Shown: one piece after another, positions 21,951 to 32,897 of the stretch
Layout: every line of letters starts with the position of its first letter
Numbering within the stretch: the stretch's first letter is position 1
Source of the DNA: Ranitomeya imitator
Taxonomy: Eukaryota
DNA: 64,000 bases
Direction of reading: 5' to 3'
Assembly: GCF_032444005.1 (NCBI RefSeq)
Contig: NC_091288.1
Span: forward strand, 59,954,001-60,018,000
The notes under the pieces: generated by a model
What the model saw: the letters and a program-made list of their open reading frames with translations, nothing else
What the model was told of the DNA's origin: nothing
Databases searched by the model: none
Program-made: the position numbers and the translations under genes

Positions 21951-22126
21951 GTCTGTGCTGGGGACACGGGGTCACTGTGAATGTCGGTGTGTATCCGCGT
22001 GGGGCCGCTCCTCTCAGCGTCTCCCTCTGGCGTCATTGCCAGGTCTCTTCCTGTGTAATCTAGAAAGCTGTCAATCAAGCTGAGCAGCAGCCTGTGAGGC
22101 AAGCCCCTCCCAGCGGACTCCCAGCC

Positions 22127-22801
22127 TATAATGTCCCCCATCCTGGGCCCCTTCCCATAATAGTGTCACCCTCCCTATAATAATGTCCCCCATCCTGGGC
22201 CCCTTCCTATAATAGTGTCACCCTCCCTATAATAATGTCCCCCATCCTGGGTCCCTTCCCATAATAGTGTCACCCTCCCTATAATAATGTCCCCCATCCT
22301 GGGTCCCTTCCCATAATAGTGTCACCCTCCCTATAATAATGTCCCCCATCCTGGGCCCCTTCCTATAATAGTGTCACCCTCCCTATAATAATGTCCCCCA
22401 TCCTGGGTCCCTTCCCATAATAGTGTCACCCTCCCTATAATAATGTCCCCCATCCTGGGCCCCTTCCCATAATAGTGTCACCCTCCCTATAATAATGTCC
22501 CCCATCCTGGGCCCCTTCCTATAATAGTGTCACCCTCCCTATAATAATGTCCCCCATCCTGGGCCCCTTCCTATAATAGTGTCACCCTCCCTATAATAAT
22601 GTCCCCCATCCTGGGCCCCTTCCCATAATAGTGTCACCCTCCCTATAATAATGTCCCCCATCCTGGGCCCCTTCCCATAATAGTGTCACCCTCCCTATAA
22701 TAATGTCCCCCATCCTGGGCCCCTTCCTATAATAGTGTCACCCTCCCTATAATAATGTCCCCCATCATGGGCCCCTTCCTATAATAGTGTCCCTCTCCCT
22801 A
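22127..22801. repeat. 52-bp minisatellite (about 13 units), resuming at 24147-24192 and 24446-24603
   Basis: Unit ATAATGTCCCCCATCCTGGGCCCCTTCC(C/T)ATAATAGTGTCACCCTCCCTATA, period 52 (22141 to 22193). Confidence 0.95.
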
Positions 22802-24146
22802 TTATTTATTTATATAGCACCATTAATTCCATGGTGCTCTACATGAGAAAGGGGTTACATACAGAGTTATAGATATCATTTACAGTAAACAGGTTTACAC
22901 TGACGGACTGGCACAGAGGGGAGAGGACCCTGTCCTTGCGGACTTACATTCTATGGGATAGTGGGGAAGAGACAGAAGGTAGGGGCGAGGCGGTGGCTCC
23001 GGTGATGGCGAGGCGGCAGAATGGTTATTGCAGGCCGTAGGCTTTCTTGAAGAGATGGGTTTTCAGGTTCCGTCTGAAGGAGCCGAGGGTGGTGGATAGT
23101 CGGACGTGTTGAGGCGTGGAATTCCAGATGATGGGGGATATTCTGGAGAAATCGTGGAGGCGGTTGTGTGAGGAACGAATAAGTAAGTGTGGAGGAGAGT
23201 AGGAGGTCTTGGGAGGATCGGAGATTACGCGAGGGAAGGTATTGGGAGATTAGTTCAGAGATATTGGGAGGGGACAGGTTGTGGATGGCTTTGTAGATCA
23301 GTGTTAGTAGTTTGAACTGGATTCGTTGGGGAATTGGGAGCCAGTGGAGGGATTTGCAGAGGGGAGAAACGGGAATAGCGAGGAGAGAGGTGGATTAGCC
23401 GAGCAGCAGAATTGAGGACAGACTGGAGTGGTGCAAGAGAGTTAGCGGGGAGGCCACAGAGGAGGGTGTTGCAGTAGTCGTGGCGGGAGATGATGAGGGC
23501 GTGCACAAGAGTTTTGGTAGATTGTGGGCTGAGGAAGGAACGGATTCTGGCAATATTTTTGAGTTGGAGGCGACAGGAGGTGGCAGGAGTTTGGACGTGC
23601 GGTTTGAAGGACAGGGCAGAGTCGAGAGTTACTCAGAGGCAGCGGATTTCAGGTGCGGGAGAGAGCGTGATGCCGTTTACCATAATAGATAGGTCAGGTA
23701 GGGGGGATACGTGAGATGGGGGAAAGATGATGAATTCGGTTTTGTCTCCATTGAGTTTTAGGAAGAGAGAGGTGAAGAAGGAGGATATGGCTGACAGACA
23801 CTTCGGGATTCTGGACAGCAGAGAGGTGACATCTGGGCCAGAGAGGTAGATCTGAGTGTCGTCCGCATACAGGTGGTACTGGAAGCCGTGGGACTTTATG
23901 AGTTGTCGTAGGCCAAGAGTATAGATGGAGAAAAGTAGGGGCCCTAGGACAGAGCCTTGAGGGACTCAAGAGAGAGAGGGCGGGTGGGAAACGCTAAATG
24001 TGCGGTCAGAAAGGTATGAGGCAATCCAGGACAGGGCAAGGTCTTTGATGCCAAGGGAAGAAAGTCGATCACTGCCTACCGCTACAGATTCTGTGTCGGA
24101 AGCAGAAGACAGGTCAAGAAGGAGGAGGATGGAGAACTGTCTGTTA
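22802..24146 (-). mobile_element. 5'-truncated L2-clade LINE (RT remnant plus 3' end)
   Basis: Minus-strand remnants [18 protein letters not shown] (23938-23967), [14 protein letters not shown] (YADD 23858-23869) and LIISRHDYCNTLL..LQSVLNSAARL. Frameshifted. A/T-microsatellite tail with stem-loop at about 22802-22840. Confidence 0.9.
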
Positions 24147-24192
24147 GTGTCCCCCATCCTGGGCCCCTTCCTTTAATAGTGTCCCCCTCCCT

Positions 24193-24445
24193 AATAATAA
24201 TCTTTATTTTTATATAGCGCTAACATATTCCGCAGCGCTTTACAGGTTGCACACGTTATCATCGCTGTCCCCGTTGGGGCTCACAATCTAAATTCCCTAT
24301 CAGTATGTCTTTTGAATGTGGGAGGAAACCGGAGTACCCGGAGGAAACCCACAAACTCTTTGCAGATGTTGTCCTTAGTGGGGTTTGAACCCAGGACTCC
24401 AGCGCTGCAAGGCTGCTGTGCTAACCACTGCGCCACCGTGCTCCC
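24193..24445 (-). mobile_element. tRNA-derived SINE
   Basis: Minus strand starts GGGAGCACGGTGGCGCAGTGGTTAGC (A box) ... GGTTCAAACCC (B box) and ends in an ATT/TAA-type tail. Other copies at 63234-63499 and a fragment at 44178-44216. Confidence 0.9.
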
Positions 24446-24836
24446 TATAATAATGTCCCCCATTCTGGGCCCCTTCCTGTAAGTGTCGCCATCCTGTAAT
24501 GTCCCCAAGCCTGGGCCCCTTCCTATAATAGTGCTCCCCTCCATACAATAATGTCCCCCATCCTGGGCCCCTTCCTATAATAATGTCCCCCATCCTGGGC
24601 CCCGTATCAAATTGGATGTATGAATGAACCAGTACAGTGGCAGAGATCGACTTTCAAGTCAAGACTTATTAGCTGCAACCTAAATACCTTGCCAAGTATC
24701 TCTACTCCTCGCACCCAGCGTCCCGGAACTTACCGTGCCCCATCGCCCAGCTCGCTGCCATGCACAGTGGGTACAGATAGGAATAAGCAATAATGTGCTT
24801 CTCTTCTCAGTGACTGGTGGGAGATGAGCAACAGCC

Positions 24837-24954
24837 ATGGCTCTTTCCGCCTCTTCAGCATTTCGACTGTTGCATGGAATGTTTGCTGTTTATAAACCTC
24901 CGGGGATTCGATGGAAGTTTGTACGAGACACAATAGAGATGAAGCTGCTGCAAG
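24837..24954 (+). CDS. TRUB2: TRUB2 (mitochondrial pseudouridine synthase TruB family) coding exon 1 of 8
   Basis: MALSASSAFRLLHGMFAVYKPPGIRWKFVRDTIEMKLLQ; donor AAG|GTAATT; 118 nt. Confidence 0.92.
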
Positions 24955-25031
24955 GTAATTCCGTGTTAGTGGAGACGTTCAGGTCGGAGCTCTTGTCTTG
25001 TGCACAAGTAATGGTTCGTTTCTTCACATAG

Positions 25032-25163
25032 GGCTGAACTCGCTGAAGCAGCCGCCTCCTCGGCAGCAGGTCCTGTTCCTACCACAAAGCAATGAGAACA
25101 GCAGTAACCTGGAACTTACCAAAGTGGCCACCTCCGTTCCCGTCCTGGCCGATCATGTTCTGG
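25032..25163 (+). CDS. TRUB2: TRUB2 exon 2
   Basis: TAG|G...G|GTCAGT; GLNSLKQPPPRQQVLFLP...VPVLADHVL; 132 nt. Confidence 0.9.
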
Positions 25164-25250
25164 GTCAGTCCCGTTCCTCTAGGCTTGCTCCTTAGGATTA
25201 CAGATATCATACCTATGTTATATCAGTGTAACGTCTCTCTGGTTTAACAG

Positions 25251-25325
25251 TTAAAGGACCAAGGTATACTTTCCTGAGGATCGGCGTGGGGCACAAGCTG
25301 GATACACGGTCATCAGGAGTCTTTG
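25251..25325 (+). CDS. TRUB2: TRUB2 exon 3 (catalytic Asp motif)
   Basis: CAG|TT...G|GTGAG; VKGPRYTFLRIGVGHKLDTRSSGVF; 75 nt. Confidence 0.93.
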
Positions 25326-25790
25326 GTGAGCTTGACGTAAAATTGATGCACAGTTTTTACAGAAAGGATGATAAGCTGCACAGAGCTTCTGTGTCCTCAT
25401 TAAAGGGAATCTTACTAGGATTTTTCTGCAAAGGCAGCAAAAAAGTGATAGAGACCCAGATTTCAGCACTGCGAAACTTTCCTGCCTTAATTGCCATAAA
25501 ATCCGCTACAGCAGGAGCCCAGTGGGGAGTCCTGGTGTCCAGGATTCATAGCTCTGTGCAAAACATGCAGGAGGCTCTAGAATATAAAGACAGAAGTACT
25601 CCTCCTTACCGATTCCTCCCCGCCACTCCTCTTCCTGGGCCGCTGCCGGTCTCTGTGCATCCTTTTGTGGTCGGCAGGTGAGATCGGTAAGGAGAGTGTG
25701 ATTTATTTTTGTATTGGGCTCCCTATATTACGGCTGCACCGTTTACAATGAGCCAGGTTGTAGTGAAAAAAATCCATACCTTGATGTTAG

Positions 25791-26192
25791 AAATCTCTTT
25801 TTTTGGCATTTCTAAGCAATCCAACATTGAAATCTTATGCAAATGAGCCGCATGTGCGTCAGGGTGGGAAATGCACTCGCAGTTCTCTCGCCCGCCACCT
25901 GGCTCCTGTGTCAGACTGATGGGTCAGTCTAGTTTTCTTTACCTTAGTGGGAAGCCGAAATGCCCTGTCTCCCACCCCAATGCGCGTGTCGACGTTTTTT
26001 TCTTCCGTGACGTCCCCGGAAGAAGAAAACATCAAAACGCGCGTTGGGGTGGGCACTTTACTTTTATCAATGTTAAAATTAACCTACCCTTAAAATTAGG
26101 CTGCTTACGTCTTTGTCAGTGGGCAAACTTACAAAAATCAACACGATAAGATTTCAATGTTGGATTGCTTAGAAATGCCAAAAAAGAGATTT
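25791..26192. mobile_element. Intronic MITE-like element with about 47-bp inverted repeats
   Basis: 25791-25838 is the reverse complement of 26146-26192 (one T-run difference). Confidence 0.7.
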
Positions 26193-26430
26193 TCAGACTG
26201 TAAGGCCGCTATTTGGACGTGACTTACCATGGCAAACATCAGGACCACAAAATCATGATCTGAGGGCACCAGTTTGGATAAAGAGGAAGCCCCCACACTC
26301 TGTTAACCATTTATATGATGTAGTCACTTGATAGCAGCATCTAAGGGGTTAAACAGATTTGGAAGGTGAGATTTTTTTTTTTTTTTTATTAATACACATC
26401 GTGATTGATTTTTCATGTCTTGTTTTTCAG

Positions 26431-26492
26431 TACTTGGGATTGGGAACGGTAACAAACTTCTTACTGACATGTATGACAACCATTATACGAAG
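26431..26492 (+). CDS. TRUB2: TRUB2 exon 4
   Basis: TTTCAG|TA...AAG|GTATG; VLGIGNGNKLLTDMYDNHYTK; 62 nt. Confidence 0.93.
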
Positions 26493-26631
26493 GTATGATC
26501 GGATGTGATTTTCGTGTGTAGCTTTCTGATGTATTTTCAGATTTTAGAAGTGTATTTAGTCTATATTTGCAATATTATTTTTATAATTGAATTTATTAAC
26601 AGATCTTTTACAATTTTGTTTCATTTAAAAG

Positions 26632-26713
26632 GACTATACAGTGTCTGGTATGTTTGGTAAAGCCACAGATGACTTTACAGATACGGGAAAAGTTATCGAG
26701 AAGACGACGTACA
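26632..26713 (+). CDS. TRUB2: TRUB2 exon 5
   Basis: AAAG|GAC...A|GTGAGT; DYTVSGMFGKATDDFTDTGKVIEKTTY; 82 nt. Confidence 0.93.
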
Positions 26714-26946
26714 GTGAGTGTCCGTAAGGGGTTATCTGAGAGTTGCCTTAGGGCATGTGATCGCTGCTGGCTTGTATCTTCCTCCGATGTATATGTTATC
26801 AGGACTGACATCGTATATATACGCTGGCTTCAGTGCTGCTTCTTAATAGCTCATGTATGGTCATAAAGATGATAACCTAATGGAGCACATTCTTCACAAT
26901 TCCAAATGTAGTCTTATTTTTTATTTTTTTTTCCTTTTCCCCACAG

Positions 26947-27019
26947 AACACATAACAAAAGACAGATTGGAGCGGGTCTTGGCCATGCTTCAGGGTTCAA
27001 ACCAAAAGGCATTGCTGAT
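26947..27019 (+). CDS. TRUB2: TRUB2 exon 6
   Basis: CCACAG|AA...AT|GTATGT; KHITKDRLERVLAMLQGSNQKALLM; 73 nt. Confidence 0.92.
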
Positions 27020-27569
27020 GTATGTGAGCTTACAATTAATTTTATGAATAGTTTTTTGTTTAATATTTTCTTCATACCGATACATATGATATGTCGTGCG
27101 ATTGGTTAGCAATGCCTTTTTTATCCGCTCTTACCTTTACCATTCCTAATAGTTGCAGTGCTAGAGTATGTGCGCCCGTGTGCATCTATACAACATTGCG
27201 GTGGATAATTTGGTGTGGTTGCGTTCTACATATTTTCCATCATGGACCATATTATCTGGAGCATGAAATGCTACACGTCATATAAATGGTCACTTGTATG
27301 ACATTCTCCAACTTTCCGCAGGTCTTGGCTGGCATAGGCTGTCTGCTTTGTGGAGTAGATGAACTTACACACGGACATCGCTTGTTACAGACTCATCTGT
27401 TTTTTTGCAACGTTTTTTCAATCCAGAACCGTAGAATTGGTCTAAGAAGGCAGATTTCCTATACCACATTGTATTCATGAAAAGTGACATAAAAGTCAGT
27501 CTTATTAAATGTTGTGAAATGTTTCCTAGTCTTGTGAATAACATATTCTTTTATCTATTTGTGTTCTAG

Positions 27570-27706
27570 GCACAGTCAGGTCGACATAAAGAGTCAGGAG
27601 GCATATGACATGGCAGTAGAAGGCCAGCTCCGGCCTATGGTAAAATCGCCACCCCTCCTGCTTGGACTGCGATGTGTTGAGTTTTCACCACCTGACTTCA
27701 CTTTAG
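27570..27706 (+). CDS. TRUB2: TRUB2 exon 7
   Basis: TTCTAG|G...G|GTAGG; HSQVDIKSQEAYDMAVEGQLRPMVKSPPLLLGLRCVEFSPPDFTL; 137 nt. Confidence 0.93.
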
Positions 27707-28726
27707 GTAGGGGTCTTATTTATGGCGTTGTAAGGGAAGAAGGACAAAGGTACAAACGGACCAGATAAAGAACAGTCTCATGCGTAGTCCTATATATCAG
27801 TGAATATATGCAGACTGTAGGGGCTCATTCAGACCAGAGCATCATACGTACATGTGCTGTCTGTGGTGAAACCAGATATCATGAATTAATATTATTTAAT
27901 AGGTCTGTTCAGATGAGTATTTTTTCACGTGGAGCAAGTGTGAAGTTTTGAAGTTATCCCCTGTAGGAAATGAAATAACTTGACGTTTGCTGGGGGGTCC
28001 AACCACAAATGCAGAGAATCGGGCTACAAAGAACCCCGTCTCAATGAACGGAGGTCGAGCATGTGCACCTCAGCTCCATTTTTTATGGGACTGCTGGAAA
28101 AAGCAGATTACAACTAGCCATGGCAATCCCATAAAGAAAGAATGGAGCAGAGATGCACATGATCGACCTCCTTGGAAGACCCTTCCTCTGCAATTGATGA
28201 CCTGCGGTCTGTAAGTAGACCCCTATTCTGTGGGCACGGAATGACTTCAAAACTTGGCACCATACCCTTTAAGAGCCACATATGAGACCCTATAGATTAG
28301 TGGGCTGTAGGCCTCAATACATTGATGCCATGTACTATATAATAAATGACAGAAGATGTATTTTCCATATACAGAGAGTAGCAGCCTCTATATATAGTAT
28401 ACACATAGGCGTCCTGATACTGCAGGCTATGAAATATTAGGGAAGCAATGTCTTCTGTTCATCTGCTTTCGTCTGATCCAAGTTGGTCAAAAGTAGAAGA
28501 TGTCTTTGGAGTTCACCTGGTACATTTTATATACTGTCCAGGTATTGTTTACAGGACATTACGGTGAAAAAGCATTATTTCCTGAAAAACTAGACCAGCC
28601 ATGGTGTCCATACAATATTGCGATACGTAGGTGTATATCACTGGATGATCATCTAGCCTAGAACAATATTCCTGGTGTAGATAATGTCCATATTCACCAA
28701 AACCTCACCATTTCTGTCTCATTCAG

Positions 28727-29013
28727 AGATCCAGTGCATGCACGAGACTCAGCAGTATCTTCGCAAACTAATCCACGAGATCGGCTTAGAACTAAGATCC
28801 TCCGCCGTCTGCACCAAGGTTCGCCGCACACGGGACGGGCCTTTCACCTTGGACTGTGCTTTAACACACGGACACTGGGATCTGGACAGCATCAGCCATG
28901 CCATTAACGAGTGCAAACCTATAGCTACACAGGTACAGAAACCTGATGGCAGCTTGATCTGGGAGAAGCCAGACGACGATTCACTGGGTAACGTAGGGAG
29001 GAACTTGCAGTGA
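28727..29013 (+). CDS. TRUB2: TRUB2 exon 8 (last)
   Basis: TTCAG|AG; EIQCMHETQQYLRKLIHEIGLELRSSAVCTKVRRTRDGPFTL...NLQ*. The eight exons sum to 966 nt = 321 aa plus stop, in frame throughout. Confidence 0.93.
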
Positions 29014-29592
29014 TGCGTCCTGGTCATAGCTCTCATGAGCACTTCTGATCGAGGATCCCACCATTGACCAACACTTCATATCCAGAAAATCCTTGCTGCC
29101 TCCTCACTGTGAAGCCGAATAGGAGCACGAAGGGTGTGAGCACTCAACGTCTTTCAGAAGCCGCCACGTTTACAGGCAGAAGACTCCTCAGTAACACGCC
29201 AGTGGCTTTTTTTTTTTCTGAAGGGTCCTTTTCAGTGTCTTTGCAATCATTTTTTGCTGGTGGCATTATTACTTTTCCAAGCAGAAGCCGCCGGAAATGG
29301 CTCAAGTGACTTCTTTGTCACGTCTTTGGATACCTGCAATGCTTAAAAGAAGCTCCAAAGACTGAACATGTGCACAGCCAGACGTTTCTACACTGCAGTG
29401 CATATGTTTATTCCTTTTAGTGCTTTTTTTCAGCGGACCTGCCCGAAAAAGACATTGTTTGCACATATCCTTAGTGTGTTCATATTGTAAAAAGCTTCAT
29501 ATCCACGTGTGCCTGGTCCCCTGCATCTCCTGGTTAAACAGGACGGCTTGTAACCGGAGCTACGTTTGTTTTTTTTCTCTAAGTTTTTATAA

Positions 29593-29598
29593 AATAAA
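29593..29598 (+). promoter_or_regulatory. Candidate TRUB2 polyadenylation signal
   Basis: AATAAA about 580 nt after the stop codon, followed by T-rich sequence. Confidence 0.45.
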
Positions 29599-31729
29599 AT
29601 ATTCCGATGTATTCTGTTTACCTTCAAACTTTTCCACGACTTCTTACTTACACAGACTTTAGGCTGGATTTACACCAATGTTTTATTGAATTTTGGGTAT
29701 TTTTGAAAAATGCTGCTTTCGATGTTAGATGTAAAGCGCGTGCGTTTTTTTTGTGCTTTCGCATTTTTCATTAACATAGTCATATGAGGGCTTGTGTTGT
29801 TGCAGGACAGGTTGTAAATTGCACCTTTCAATTTTTTTTATATGAATTGCAACTCTTCATAATTGTAAATGCAAAATTTTTCAGTGCTTTACCCCATTTA
29901 TTATACCAGATTTTTTTTTTTTAGTATCTATGCCAAGACTGAAAAATGACAAAAGTGGGCAAGGTTAACTTTTAGGTGTGAAATGTGACTTTTTTCTGTA
30001 GGCATTTCTACGTAAAAGTTGCAAGGAGGTCACATTTTAGACAGTTCGTAGCTGATTTTTAAAAGTGATGGAATAAATACCGTACGTTTGCTGCAACCAT
30101 TTCATAACCTGCATAAAAATGTGCAGTTTGGGCAGAATTCTACATTAATGTGCAACATTTGACACATCGGTCATCTGCTGTTTTCTAACATTGGAACGTA
30201 TACAAGTAACAAGCATAAAAAGTTGCAATATCTGCTCCATTTTGCATTGGCTTGTGACATTTAACACATTGCTCTAAGACTCTGATCTAATATAGGGAAG
30301 GACCAGACTAAATAGGTTTATTTATTTTTTTCATTATGTATGACTTGGAATGAGTGATTTTGAGATTTTTTTTTTTTTTTATTGCACCTGGTCAAACAGT
30401 ATGCTGCAGTACTGTTGTTCACATGCTGGGCTTCATTCAAGTGCGAGAAATGCAGACCTGGGGGTCTTCAGGAGACCCTTGACTACCTTGATACCTTTTT
30501 CATCTATTGTGTTGTGGAGGTGATGCGCCATCTGAATAAGGGCTCAATTCAGACCTCAGGTTTTCTTGCACTAGTTCTACCTGTGGCTTTCATAGTTTAT
30601 CAGGCCGTTTTCACACCTGTGTATTTTTGCAAACCAAGTGGTCGGCATAAAATGACTTGGACATTGCCGATTTGGAGCCAAATCTTGGATCAAACTCACC
30701 GATGCAAATCTATGGGTCCGTGAAAATAATCATCCATGTGTTGTCCATTTTTCATGGACTGTTTACTATGAGAAACTTCAATTTATTTATTTCCAATTTG
30801 GGATAAACTGATGAAGCTGACCAAACTCTGATTAAAAAAAATTGTTGAAATTCCGATTTTTTTTTTTTTTTTGCATACGGAAAAGTCACTGACATGTGAA
30901 TGAGGCCTTAGACTAGCAGACATCTAGGTGCTTGCCAGCAACCAAATCGTTTTCAGAAGGATTTAACTGATTTTTCAGAAAGTTTTTTTTTTTTTTTGCA
31001 AGAAATCTGCTACCTGTGACTATACCCTTAAGGGTACATCCATCTGGGACAGAAAACTGTATGGCATATTTATCAAAATATAACATTTTAACTATTGATG
31101 AGCGAGTATACTCATTACTCAGGTTTCTCCGAGCATGCTTGGGTGGTCTCCCTAGTATTTCGTGCTTGCAGATTTAGTTTTCGTCGCCACAGCTGCATGT
31201 TTTGCAGCTGCTAGACAGCTTGAATACATGTGGGAATTCCCCAACAAACAGACAACCCCCACATGTACTCAGGCTGGCTAGCAATAGCAAAGCATGCAGC
31301 TTAGGCCACGAAAACTAAATCTCTGAGCAGTCACAAATACTTGGAGACCACCCGAGCGTGCTCAGGGAAACTAGAGTAATGCGTATACAACCCCTGGCAA
31401 AAAGTATGAAATCACCGGCCTTGGAGGATGTTCATTCACTTATTTAATTTTGTAGATAAAAAGCAGATCACAGACATGGCACAAAATTAAAGTAATTTCA
31501 AATGGCAATTTTCTGGCTTTAAGAAACACTAAAACTAGAATAAAAATGTGGTAGTCAGTAATGGTTACTTTTTTTAACCAAGCATAGGGGAAAAATTATG
31601 GAATCACTCTGTAAATTTTCATACCCAAAACGAACACGTGCATTAAATTAGATCTGCTTGTTATTCTGCATCTAAAAAGGAGTCATCACACCTTGGAGAG
31701 CTGTTGCACCAAGTGGACTGACATGAATC

Positions 31730-32897
31730 ATGGCTCCAACACGAGAGATGTCAATTGAAACAAAGGAGAGGATTATCAAACTCTTAAGGCTGCCGTCACA
31801 CTATCAGTATTTGGTCAGTATTTTACATCAGTATTTGTAAGCCAAAACCAGGAGTGGAACAAATAACGGAAAAGTATAATAGAAACATATGCACCACTTC
31901 TGTATTTATCACCCACTCCTGGTTTTGGCTTACAGATACTGAGGTAAAATACTGACCGAATACTGCTAGTGTGACAGCAGCCTAAAAAAGGGTTGGTTGT
32001 TCACAGTCAGCTGTGTCTAAAATCTGGACCAAATACAAACAACATGGGAAGGTTATTAAAGGCAAACATACTGGTAGACCAAGGAGGACATCAAAGCGTC
32101 AAGACCAGAAACTTAAAGCAATATGTCTCCAAAACAGAAAATGCACAACAAAACAAATGAGGAACGAATGGGTGGAAACTGGAGTCAATGTCTGTGACTG
32201 AACTGTAAGAAACTGCCTAAAGCAAATGGGATTTACATACAGAAAAGCTAAACAAAAGCCATCATTAACACCTAGACAGAAAAAAACAAGGTTACAATGG
32301 GCTAAGGAAAAGCAATCGTGGACTGTGTATGACTGGATGAAAGTCATATTCAGTGATGAATCGCGAATCTGCATTGGGCAAGGTGATGATGCTGGAACTT
32401 TTGTTTGGTGCCGTTCCAATGAGATTTATAAAGATGACTGCCTGAAGAGAACATGCAAATTTCCACAGTCATTGATGATATGGGGCTGCATGTCAGGTAA
32501 AGGCACTGGGGAGATGGTTGTCATTACATCTTCAATAAATGCACAAGTTTATGTTGATATGTTGGATGCTTTTCTTATCCCATCAATTGAAAGGATGTTT
32601 GGGGATGATGAAATCATTTTTCAAGATGATAATGCATCCTGCCATAGAGCAAAAACTGTGAAAATATTCCTTGAAAAAGACACAAAAGGTCAATGTCATG
32701 GCCTGCAATTGAAAATCTCTGGTGGAAGTTGAAGAAAATGGTCCATGACAAGGCTCCAACCTGCAAAGCTGATCTGGCAACAGCAATCAGAGAGAGTTGG
32801 AGCCAGATTGATGGAGTCCTGTGTGACACTCATTAAGTCCATGCCTCAGAGACTGCAAGCTGTTATAAAAGCCAGAGGTGGTGCAACAAAATACTAG
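31730..32897 (+). pseudogene. Tc1 DD34E transposase pseudogene
   Basis: MAPTREMSIETKERIIKLL..., GRPR, FSDESR, WGCM, FQDDNA, ...RGGATKY*. Disrupted by a MITE, an in-frame TGA, a frameshift and loss of the SPDLN motif. Confidence 0.9.
31788..31982. mobile_element. Harbinger-like MITE inserted in the transposase
   Basis: TAA|GGCTGCCGTCACACT ... AGTGTGACAGCAGCC|TAA. Confidence 0.88.

Noticed and set aside
21860-22141. 93-aa minus-strand ORF as a COQ4 remnant
   Set aside because: No resemblance to COQ4, and it starts inside the minisatellite.
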